A program made the translations under genes and the position numbers. A stretch of DNA of 63,912 bases, counting the filler, from Octopus bimaculoides (lineage: Eukaryota), in the NCBI RefSeq assembly GCF_001194135.2. It is 11 parts of 10 records of this genome, joined end to end, with 100 filler letters (N's around TTAATTAATTAA, not from the genome) between each part and the next. Parts side by side here need not be neighbours in the genome. Positions count along the whole stretch, not along the records: positions 1 to 18,555 come from NC_068995.1; 10 more parts are not named here. One strand, given 5' to 3'. This document shows, in pieces, positions 1 to 10,915 of this stretch; the first letter of the stretch is position 1, and every line of letters starts with the position of its first letter. The notes under the pieces were generated by a model. That model was not told the DNA's origin, did no database searches, and was given only the letters and a program-made list of their open reading frames with translations.

Positions 1-1441
1 AAAAAAAAAAAAAAACATGTCGTATGTGTCTGCCGTCACAGCTCGACAACTGCTGTTGGTTTGTTTACATGCCTATAACAGTATTTCGACAAGACTGTTA
101 GAATAGGTAGCAACCTTAAAAGCATGGTTGCTGTCCAGTGACTGAAATGAATAAAAGAAAAAAAACGTACCTATACACACACCAATTTCCTTAATATCCA
201 GTCACAACTCAACGACTTTCTGTCAGACAAAATGTCTTGGGCATTTCATCCGGGTCATTACATTGAATTCAAATGCCTTTGTTTTTGTAGTCGGTTAAAT
301 TAGTGTGAGGCACTGGAGGTCAATGTAATCGATGTCCCATAACCATCAAAATTGCTGGCCTTGTGCCTAATTTGGAAACCTTTCACATTCATCTCTTCCA
401 CTATACAGGGAAGAACCCCCTTGCTTTATATCATTATCAACAAAGTCCGTTTTCCATGCTGGCATGGATTTGATGGGTCGATGGAAACTGCATAGAAAGC
501 TGTTGAGTGGATTGTACCAATAATTCTAAAATTCTGCTAAGGTTACACGTGTGTCTGTGGAATGCTAACATTAAATCCTCCTTAGAGATCCATCCATCAC
601 CTTCCGTTATGGGGAAACATTAATTCAACAATTGGCTGCCTGCCTATATTAAGCAGGGTAGTTAAATTGCTAATTTAACAAAAATATAAACCAAATACAG
701 AACCATTCCATTAATGCTTATGTTCCACGACTCGACAGAGCTAAAGAGTGCACTGTGCTCCACTGTCTACATTAGCATGGTTTTTACACTCAGACGCTCT
801 TCCCAACACCAACTATGTTAGAACCCAGACTGCATGCTTCTTTTCATGTTGCCAGCCCTGCAGTTTGCAAGACTAACTCAGAACAGCAGTTTTATGCTAG
901 GATAAAGAATGGGAAAAGGGCCTGAGTATTTTTAACAGACACAAAAGCCAGAATTTTGGAGTAGAAAAGAGGAAAATCGATTATACCAAAAGATGAAGCT
1001 GACCAAGATTTAAATGCAGCAGAAGTGTTAAGACTGGTCCCTGTGGTGGTGCCACATGAAAGTATTCTACACACTCTGTAAAGTGCTGTGTTAGGAATGG
1101 CATCCAGCTGTAGAAACCATGTCAAATGAGGCTGGAGTTTCGTGCATCCCCCACCCCCCAGCCCTGGCCAAGCCACCCAACCTATGCCATCATGCACAAT
1201 GGCCGTTAAATGACGAACCTCAACAACCAAAAGAAATAACACAAAGTATTTTGTTGGATGTTTTAATGTTGCTGCCAATTCACTGCAAGTAAATAATACG
1301 AGAACCAAGGATAGTTGCTTCATTGTATTGTTTCGAACAGTTGGGAAAATGTCAAAAAGTGAGTAGCAGAAGACAACAAAGAACTCATAGTAGTAGAAGC
1401 ATGTTGCTGTATGTATATCAATCTATAGATAGATTTACATG

Positions 1442-1600
1442 CCGGAGTGGCTGTGTGGTACTAAGTTTGCTTCCCAACCACATGGCTCCAGGTTCAGTCC
1501 CACTGCATGGCACCCTGGGCAAATATCGACTACTATATGCTTTGGGCTGACCAAAGTCTTGTGAGTGGATTTGGAAGATGCTCATTATGTGTGGGGATGT
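1442..1600 (+). mobile_element. tRNA-derived SINE, family B (GGAGTGGCTGTGTGG...GGTTCAGTCCC), truncated
   Basis: A-box-like TGGCTGTGTGG and B-box-like GGTTCAGTCCC; homologous copies recur across the window. Confidence 0.8.
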
Positions 1601-2134
1601 GCATGCTAGTGCACATTGTTCCTCACCACTGCTTCACAACCATTGTTGGCCTGTTTACATCCCTGCAATTCAATGATTCAACAAAAAGAACAATAGACTA
1701 AGTACCAGGGCCTCAATTCGACTAAAATTCCTCAAGCTGGTGCCCTAGCACAGTTGCAGTCTCATATATATATATATATATATAAAACCATCATTTAGCG
1801 CGTTTTCCATGCAGGCATGGGTTAGACGGTTTAAAGTGGAACTAGTAAAACAGAGCTGTACCAGGCTCCAGCCTGATTTTGGTTTGTGTTCTACAGTGAG
1901 ATGCCCTTCCTAACACTGATCATGATTATAATTGGCCTAATGTGTCTTCTCAAGGACTTGATCACTTGTCATTACTGTGAGACCCAACACCTGAAAATCA
2001 TGCTTCACCACCTCATACCATGTCTTCCTGGGTCTACCTCTTCTACATGTTTCCTCCAAAGTTAGGGATTGACACTTCAGGTCAATACAGTAATAAAATA
2101 TAAACAAACGCATCTTTTAACACAGAAATATCAC

Positions 2135-2140
2135 TTTATT
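2135..2140 (-). terminator. Probable polyadenylation signal AATAAA of RPL17
   Basis: Plus-strand tttatt at 2135-2140 reads AATAAA on the minus strand, 14 nt after the TAA stop at 2154-2156. Confidence 0.7.
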
Positions 2141-2153
2141 TCTCACAATATAT

Positions 2154-2302
2154 TTAGTCTCTCATCATTAATTTCTGTTTCTTTAGCTTCTTTTGTGACA
2201 CCTTCTTACGTACAGGCTCATCCTCACTTCCTGCTGGTTTTGGTACAGGGATTTCCTTTTCTGTGAGAATAACTTCAATATGACATGGACTGCTCATGAA
2301 AG
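2154..2302 (-). CDS. RPL17: 60S ribosomal protein L17 (uL22), last coding exon
   Basis: Acceptor ttctttgcAG; encodes (P)[48 protein letters not shown], matching the L17 C-terminus (MSSPCHIE...[14 protein letters not shown]); 149 nt, phase compatible with the previous exon. Confidence 0.97.
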
Positions 2303-2369
2303 CTGCAAAGAAAGAACAAGTCACAAAGTTATGAAACATCAATAATATCCCCATAATATGTTTGTTGTA

Positions 2370-2582
2370 CAGGGTATCCACAAAGTCTGGGTACATGGGA
2401 ATTAACACATACTTCAACAAATTATTATTTCTTATATTTAATTGTTTATGTTAAGATTTTATTTACTCCCGTGTAGCCACATGTTGATTAACACATACTT
2501 TAAGAAATTATTAATTCTTATATTTAATTGTTTATATCATGATTTTATTTACTCCATGTACCCAGACTTTGTGGACACCCTG
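2370..2582. mobile_element. Tc1/mariner-type MITE in RPL17 last intron
   Basis: 29-bp terminal inverted repeats CAGGGTATCCACAAAGTCTGGGTACATGG (2370-2398) / CCATGTACCCAGACTTTGTGGACACCCTG (2554-2582) with 1 mismatch; TA on both sides (2368-2369, 2583-2584); no ORF. Confidence 0.85.
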
Positions 2583-2649
2583 TAGAACAATAAGATGAAT
2601 GGAAAGGAGGCAGATAAGACAAATTAATAGAATTATTAATAATACTTAC

Positions 2650-2746
2650 GATTAATACGTCCATGAGCTCTGTATGTCCGTCTTCTCATTTTAGGGGCTT
2701 GGTTCACTTGAATGTGTTCAATGACTAAGTGATCGGTGTCTAAACC
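2650..2746 (-). CDS. RPL17: RPL17 coding exon 5
   Basis: AG/GTAAG boundaries; 97 nt encoding [32 protein letters not shown], the L22-family signature [12 protein letters not shown]. Confidence 0.97.
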
Positions 2747-4125
2747 CTGCAATGGTAGGATAGCAATTTATGAAGACAACAAAATAAATTTACAAGTACA
2801 AAAGAATAAGTAGTGTTTATCACCCTATCAATATGACTGACTGTTCCATAGGAATCTATGTTAATACTGTCTTTAATCCCAAGAAGAGGTTCCTCATGGG
2901 GCCAAACACGGTAGTAATGTTGGTTCCTATGGAAGAGCCATATTGACAGGGTGATAAACATTACTTCACAATATAGTTAACACTTTCATCTCCAGCTATA
3001 AAAGATTAAATTATTGGACCCCATCCACCCATAACTACCTCCCCAAGAAAACAAAGAAAATGAAGGAGGGAATTAAGCAGCAGCAGATGGGGGTAGGAGT
3101 AATGGGTTGCACACCCCAGACTAAATGGCAGGTTTAACTGTGCTTTGCAGATGTGATTGAAAAGGCATGTGATCTTCCACGGAGAAATGTAACCTCACTT
3201 GGAAATGGATAACAGTTGGCTACAAGAAGGGCACCCAACAGGATACAGAAAACCTGTCTCAGCAATAACCACCTACCCATGCAAGCAAGGAATAGTGGAG
3301 TGATGAAATGATAACTGTACAACAGACACTATTATATAAAAGTTAACCAAATCACTAAATGATTTCAAATTTTTGCACAAGTCCAGCAAATTGATTACCT
3401 TGACTCCCAGAGGATTAAACAAATGACAAATTAAGCAGTGGGATAGACAAACACCGTAACTATATATTGATATTGTCTGGTGTAGTTACAGAAACTAATT
3501 CTTCAAAAATCATAAGGGATTAAGCCCTTAACATTCATTGACATGAAGCAGAAACTCAGGGTATCCTTGTCTGCTTGGTTGTTGGTGCACTTTCGGCCAA
3601 AAGAAGAACTTAACAAGTCCATGCTGTAACAACACTAATTAGCTGGCTATTCCAGAATCAAATGCAAAATTAACCCATAACATACCATGTGCCACACATG
3701 TCTCTGCCAGTGCATGTATCTCTCAGTATCATACCACTTAGCGCAAATTATGAATTCTTCAAGCGAGTTAACAGCAAGCATTCGCTCTATTGCGAAGATT
3801 TTGCAATGCAACTTGATTTTTTTCTTAGTACAAATGACAATTTATGGAGGGGAAGATAGAAAAAATATCAGACTACAAGGGGATACACAAACCCCTCCAT
3901 GTCTTTAGGTATTTTCCAATCAATCAACGCAGGCCTGAGCAATAGATTTGGAAAATTCTCAACAGGATCTTAAGAGTTAATACACATGAATGAACAATTC
4001 TTTTCGAGGAGACAGAGAGCACTATGGATTAGCCAGTTTCTATCTACACACGGATGAATATTAACCATACAGCTGTTACAGAAAGGCCAAATGTGTAGAA
4101 TGAAGAACAGTATGTAGAATCTTAC

Positions 4126-4224
4126 CTTAAACTCAGCATTACTTTCAGCATTCTTCAACAACTGTAGAAGAAATTTAGCACTCTTCTTGGGCCACCGACC
4201 CTGAGTAGCTTTCCACTGTTTAGC
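4126..4224 (-). CDS. RPL17: RPL17 coding exon 4
   Basis: ttccAG/GTAAG boundaries; 99 nt encoding [33 protein letters not shown]. Confidence 0.97.
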
Positions 4225-5550
4225 CTGGAAAAATGGAGAAATAAGCAGAACATCAGAGACAGGTTTAAGAACTGTTGGGAAAACTGAAATTGGGAACATG
4301 ACACCACTAGTAGTTCCACACTTGAAAGTAGACGTATTGTAAGAAGATAAGCGAATGCTATTTTGGTCAATCCAAATTGTAACACCAAATGGTAAATTCT
4401 ACCACAGATGGAATGTCACAGCAAGTACTCTGAGAAATAGCAGACACTATCAACTTAAACTTTTACAAGGCCCAATGGACCTCACGGAGGCAATGACGAA
4501 TGACCAAGACCTTTGGCATTATGCTGAACTTGAGAAGATCCATCATGCCAGGTAAAATTGCAGTTGTGGCAGATACCGGTGTCATGCAAATGGCATGTAA
4601 AAGCACCCATTGGAGTGATTGGCATCAGGAAACGCATCCAGTCTTAGAAAATATGCCACATCAAGACTGGAGTCTGGTGAAGCCTTCCAGCTTCCCAGCC
4701 CTGGAGTGGTTGGCATCAGGAAAGGCATGGACAACAGATATTAAACGATGATTTTCATAACTAGAACACACCCTAACATACTATATTGCAGGGATCCCGT
4801 TTTGGTTTACACACACCAATTATAGCTCTATACAGTAAGTAAAGATGTCTTGAATTTGAAAATTTGTACAATAAACATACACTTGCAACTATCCAACTAC
4901 CCTTTTTAATCTTGTCTTCACTCTCTCATCTATTCATCTAGAGTGCTCAATGTGGCACCATATCACTACTACAGTCTAATATAATGCAATGTAACCATGC
5001 ATCCACCATACTGCAACAAACTTGTTCCTTCCATTGTACTCCAACTCCTCCTCAATACCAAGCATAAGGTCTCCACTCTCCCTGTATAATACCTCTTCTT
5101 ATCATTGGGGATCTTTAGTCTTGCTTGTTACACGATATTGAAAAAGGGCATTCAATTGGAGAAATCAAAACAAAGCAGACACTGGACATGACACAATGCT
5201 CAGTGAAACTGTCCAACTCATGCCAGTATAGAAAATGAATGATATTAATGGTGATAACATATGGTTTATCTGGAGTAGGGAAGAAACAGGTCTCTCGGTG
5301 TAACAAAGGCAATCATTCCATCTCATAGCCAGATACTAACAAAAAACCCAGGGCTGGTATATTTTCACTAATTCCAACTGGGCATAAATTGTAATATAAT
5401 GCCTTAAACTTTTGTGTATTGTAGAAGTGTAACATAAATTTTAACAACAAAATCTTCTTCTATGAACCCACATGATCATGTGGACCCTGGTCAAGAACCA
5501 CTGATCCAGTGGAAGCATTTGGAGATTTTCAATCCATCTTTATTCTATAG

Positions 5551-5905
5551 GTGCAGGAGTGGCTGTGTGGAAAGAAGCTTGCTTCCAAAGTACATGGTTC
5601 TGGGTTCAGTCCCACTGCGTGGCACCTTGGGCAAGTGTCTTCTACTATAGCCTTGGGCCAACCAAAGCCTTGTGAGTGGATTTGGTAGACGGAAACTGAA
5701 AGAAGCCTGTTGTATGTATATATATATATATATATATGTGTATTTGTGTCTGTTTGTCCCTCCACTTTTGCTTGACAACTGATGTGTTCACGTCCCAGTA
5801 ACATCGCGGTTCAGCAAAAGAAACTGATAGAATAAGTACAAGGCTAACAAAGAATAAGTACTGGGGTTGATTTGTTCAACTAGAAAGTGGTGCTCTCACA
5901 TGGCT
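5551..5905 (+). mobile_element. tRNA-derived SINE, family B, near full length
   Basis: Same head and body (cttgggcaagtgtcttctactatagcc...gatttggtagacggaaactgaaagaagcc) as copies at about 8.3k, 26.4k(-), 43.1k(-), 46.3k, 58.1k(-), 59.3k(-), 63.1k; internal (TA)n. Confidence 0.85.
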
Positions 5906-6270
5906 GCAGTCAAATATCTTAGACTCTTTAGCATTCACATTATTCTGGCTATTTATTCACTTTGTTTGGATTAACCATCCATTATCTCACAGCTTTGAGA
6001 CTACCATGATGTGAGTGTACAACCTCTCTAAGACACTGTAGGGTAGGTTATGAGAACATAAAACAAGCAGAATATCTGGGCCAGATAAGGTCAGTTTAGA
6101 TGATAAAGGACTAAAATATTCTCAGCTTCATCAGAGTTAAAAGTTTTGTGTATTTATTCTACATCCCCACATAAACCATCAGGATTTCACTATCCACATC
6201 ACACAACAAATCCTTTTCAAGACGCAAATGAAGCAACAATCTTTTGCTTTTTACCAACATATTAACTCAC

Positions 6271-6405
6271 CTGAGCGTGACGGCCAACTCCACCACAAAA
6301 TCTCCGGAATGGGACAATTTCTTTTTTCTCCATGACATTTTTGAGATATCGAGAGGCACGCTTCAAATGCATCCTTTTAATAGCTTGGGCCGTCTCACGT
6401 GTGTT
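6271..6405 (-). CDS. RPL17: RPL17 coding exon 3
   Basis: ttttctAG/GTGAG boundaries; 135 nt encoding [45 protein letters not shown]. Confidence 0.97.
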
Positions 6406-8757
6406 CTAGAAAACAAAAACAAAACAAGGTCATCAAGAACACCATGGCTGTATATATACATACATATAAATTTGACATGGGCGATTCTNNNNNNNNNNNN
6501 NNNNNNNNNNNNNNNNNNNNNNNNNNNNNNNNNNNNNNNNNNNNNNNNNNNNNNNNNNNNNNNNNNNNNNNNNNNNNNNNNNNNNNNNNNNNNNNNNNNN
6601 NNNNNNNNNNNNNNNNNNNNNNNNNNNNNNNNNNNNNNNNNNNNNNNNNNNNNNNNNNNNNNNNNNNNNNNNNNNNNNNNNNNNNNNNNNNNNNNNNNNN
6701 NNNNNNNNNNNNNNNNNNNNNNNNNNNNNNNNNNNNNNNNNNNNNNNNNNNNNNNNNNNNNNNNNNNNNNNNNNNNNNNNNNNNNNNNNNNNNNNNNNNN
6801 NNNNNNNNNNNNNNNNNNNNNNNNNNNNNNNNNNNNNNNNNNNNNNNNNNNNNNNNNNNNNNNNNNNNNNNNNNNNNNNNNNNNNNNNNNNNNNNNNNNN
6901 NNNNNNNNNNNNNNNNNNNNNNNNNNNNNNNNNNNNNNNNNNNNNNNNNNNNNNNNNNNNNNNNNNNNNNNNNNNNNNNNNNNNNNNNNNNNNTTCGAAC
7001 CACTTGTTCGAAGTAAAATTTCTTCGGACCACATGTATTTGGCTAAATTGACAATGCATCGAGTCGTCAGAAGAAATTTAAATTTAACAAGAACCAAAGA
7101 CTTCTTTATTTGAGTGAATACAAGAATTACTGTCTTGTATTATTCTATTTGTGTTAGGAAGGGCATCCAGGCATTAGAAACCAAAGTGAGTGAAACAGAA
7201 ATGGAGTCTGAACAGCTCCTGTCAAACCATCCAACCCATGCCAGCATAGAAAATGGACATTAAAATGATGATGAACAGACTTAAAACATTTCTCTAACAA
7301 TTATTATTACAGAGAAGGGTTAATAACTTGAAATCAATTACATAAGGATTGTGTAATTTATTTCAAATGACCAAACTATACACAAAACACACGTTAAGTT
7401 GGGTCCAGTTCTTGCTTTGAGAAAATAGAAAAGAAATCCCAAATTTCCCACATATTCATTGCAGGTAGAAAATGAGAGGCTGGTGCTCGTGTGCCGTTTT
7501 TATGAAATGGCTCATGTTCTATACACAGCACTAGTATTTTATCAAATAATGATTTAGTACAACAGACTAGATCAGTCACAATACCTTTTTGAAATGGTAG
7601 GGGATGGGGAGAAACCCTCCTATTAATAGGAGCATTTAGGTGTTCGTGGTATCAGAAATAAGGATTTCCTGATTGTGGAGTCAAAAGTAGAGACAATCAG
7701 TTTAGAAGCCCAAGGATCAAGTCCTGCCACCAACACCAAAACCTTGAAATGTTCGTGACATCACACCTCCCTTCAAAACAAGCACCATGGCCAATCAAGT
7801 TCATCAATATAATATGAACATTATGCCGAATCACCACAGTATAAAATGTCTCTGAGAGAGGCCAGTAACATACTGAATCCATTTGACCCTGTTCTGAAAT
7901 GTATCATCATTTTTACCTGCTTACATCAGTCGAACAGAATTTACCAAGGTAGATCTACAGATGGATGACCTTTATGTGGGGCCAACCCAAACTGTTTCCA
8001 AACAAGGTAATTTTCCCCCATAGTTAGACATGTTTTTTTACAGACACATCAACATTGCTTAACGTCCATTTTCCATGCTGGCAAGACACCAATCGTCTAT
8101 TGTGGCATGCTTTTCAATGGTTGGATGCACCTCCTAACACCAACCACTTTACAGAATGTGCCAGTTGCTTTTTCACGTGCCACTAGTAGAGGTGCGTTCA
8201 TGCAGCACCAGCATGAGTGCATTTTGTGGTGCAAGCACATGTAAAGGAATAGCCTGTACGTATGGATGACAGCGATATTAAACAATTACCTTGCTTCACA
8301 ATCACATGGTTTTGGGTTCAGTCTTACATATGGCACGTTGGTCAAGTGTATTCTACTATAGTCCTGGGCTGACCAAAGCTTTGTGAGTGGACTCGGTAGA
8401 TGGAAACTGAAAGGAGCCCATCATATATACACAGGTGCAAGCATGTATGTGTCAATGCATTTGCTGTCTCCTTGCCTCGATATCACCTAAGTTGTAAATG
8501 AGTGCCACTGTCATGAAAGTGGCATCCATTTCCAATCTTCTGCGAAAACATGTCTGCTTAAGGTGACAACGCCACCTTACCTGGAGAAAAATCTGCCTCT
8601 ACTAATACACCCGACTCGCGCAAGCACAGAAAAGTGGACATTAAAACAATGATGATGAAGACAGCCAAGACTATAGAAGATATTATAATGGTATCAAGGC
8701 AAGGCAATATAGATAAAAAAACAAAAAAACCCATTTAAGAAAAGATAAAATATTTAC

Positions 8758-8798
8758 CTTGAAGTGTACACGTAGGAGAGAGCCTCTAGCCTTGGCAG
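8758..8798 (-). CDS. RPL17: RPL17 coding exon 2
   Basis: ctacAG/GTAAAT boundaries; 41 nt encoding (S)AKARGSLLRVHFK, homologous to CKSRGSNLRVHFK. Confidence 0.95.
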
Positions 8799-10135
8799 CT
8801 GTAGTAAAGAGAAAAAAACATTAGTGCCAAAATTATCGGAGACTTAAGGTTAAGGATACAAAATCCTTAATAGTTAATTTTTACCAATATAAGAAAAGCA
8901 CGATGTTAGAACGTCATTGTATATGAAGTGAACACAATAGCTGTATTTTAACACTACCATACAAGGGACATAACTATGCAACGCTGATAAAATTCACAAC
9001 AGTATTACCATACATTGATTACTTCAAATTCCTATTGTACTGACTCCATGTCATGTGGATTTATTAAAACACTTGATATATTTTTCTTGTTAAATCAAGA
9101 GACTCCAGACTTGGCAACACAAAAAAAAAGCCATCCCCTTGCTGGCATCATGTAAAAAGCACCCAATACACTGTAGTGGTTGGCATTAGGAAGGACACCC
9201 AACTGTAGAACCCAAGCTAATACAGACAATTGGAACCTGGTGCAACTCTTCAGCTGTCAAACTGTGTAACTCATGGCAGCATGGAAAATGGATGTTTAAT
9301 GATGATGTATATATACATATACACACGACCTGCCCCACCAAAAGCAACAGAACCATTATCAAATCAAACCTATTATGTATTTAATTTTGATGTTAAAATC
9401 TTCCATGATAATTCATATGCAAAACACCAGCTTAACGACAAAATTACTCTAAATTAATTAAAGCAAAGGGAATGCATTTCCACAGAAATACGATACCAAC
9501 AGGTAAACATAACTATCAAGTGATCTGCCTTGAAATATCTCTGATGTCAGCTGTATAGAGAAACACATTATCAGGCAACTGCCAGAATGATTGGAGATTT
9601 ACCTTACATTAGGCTTCACAACTATAGTTGCCATGTATGGCTCTGTGGTTGAGAAGTTCCAACTCCTGGTTTGAGCTCAACCCACAACACTTCAGAGAAA
9701 CCATCTTCAATCATGATGTAGATTAAAGACTTGAGTGAAATGTAGATGTCATGTATGTTATTATGCACACACACCCGTATAAAGTTGCTTATGTAGCCAA
9801 TTACTTGCTCGTCCAGTCTGTTGGAGAAATTCCTCAAATTATTTTAATTGTAATCTGTATATCAATTTGAAGGGTTGGATAGCATATTCCAATATTCCCA
9901 TTCACACTGGGCTTTCTCCCACCTTTAATTTTTTTTAAAAAACCCCACAAATGTAATATTTCTTGCTTAGCCCTTTCACATTTTAACCAGCCACATTTGA
10001 CCCAAATATTCTACATTTTATGTCGAACCGCTCTTACTGATATTGTAAAAATGCACCACCACATCACCAGAATCTCAAATTTACGGGATAAACATATGAT
10101 TAATTCAAAGCAACATGAATAATTGTGAGACTTAC

Positions 10136-10175
10136 ACTTGCTAAGGTTTTCGGGTTCACACGAGTAACGAGTCAT
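10136..10175 (-). CDS. RPL17: RPL17 first coding exon (exon extends to 10186 with 11 nt of 5'UTR)
   Basis: ATG at 10175-10173; MTRYSCEPENLSK plus 1 nt, donor GTAAGT; acceptor ttttgtatttttAG at 10187-10188. The six coding exons sum to 561 nt (186 aa + stop). Confidence 0.95.
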
Positions 10176-10892
10176 CTTTTCAGTCACTAAAAATACAAAA
10201 CAATGAAAGATTAGGAAAAATACATATATATTAAGCAAGGGGTGGGAGGAAGGAGAAAGATGCAGACTGACTGACCCATACCAGTAATTGACCTGTGCAG
10301 ACTCAAAAGTTTAGTAATATTCTAGTAACTTATTTGCTTTATTTGTCAAGTTACAAAAGCAGTCTATCATTCAAAGCAGAGGCCACCATGTTGCAGTCCG
10401 AAGCTGCCTCTCTGCTAGTTCTTTGGTCCCATACCAATACTATTCTTGTCACCGCACTGTTATGGCTAGACATGGTTTGTATTATTCTATAATATAGAGA
10501 ATATTCCTCATTTACATGGAAAGCAAATTCAAAACATGTAAACTGAAACAATGGCAAGACTTCTTTTTCTACCCCTCCCCCCACTATTTTATTTTTCGAC
10601 ACAAACCCCCTTTTTCGGCTACGGAGAATACGAAGCTGCAAAGGGTTGGTGATAAGAAGTTGGAAAGACTCCACCCCCACCGTCTCATTTTTCTCCCAAA
10701 TTTGTTTATTAAAAATTTTTTTTTGCCCAAAACCCCCGTTTTCGGATACGGAGGTTCCGGAAAATTGGCATTGTGAAATCCACCACCCTCATTCTTAAAT
10801 TTTGACTTTGTTAAACCCGTCTCGTCTATACAACTATAGAAAAGTAGACATTAAGACAACGATGGTATACATAAGATTAGACAAGCAATTAC

Positions 10893-10915
10893 CGCCGGTA
10901 CAAAACGGAAGGGAC
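10893..10915 (-). promoter_or_regulatory. Probable non-coding exon 1 / pyrimidine (TOP-like) start of RPL17
   Basis: Minus strand reads GTCCCTTCCGTTTTGTACCGGCG then GTAATT (donor). A short pyrimidine-initiated first exon is typical of metazoan ribosomal protein genes; it contains an ETS-like CTTCCG. TSS position is inferred. Confidence 0.55.

Noticed and set aside
892-1323. 143-aa minus ORF downstream of RPL17
   Set aside because: Runs through an interspersed repeat copy; no domain.
6244-7113. Long ORFs spanning N-gaps (also 23.4k, 26.8k, 28k, 37k, 48-50k, 54.6k, 57.7k)
   Set aside because: Length comes from untranslatable N and flanking microsatellites.
2303-10892. SNORD58-like C/D snoRNA in RPL17 introns
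   Set aside because: No sense-strand RTGATGA...CTGA pair at snoRNA spacing, and no CTTAGGACACC guide found; the only partial GGTGTCCTAA match (about 21753) lies outside the gene.
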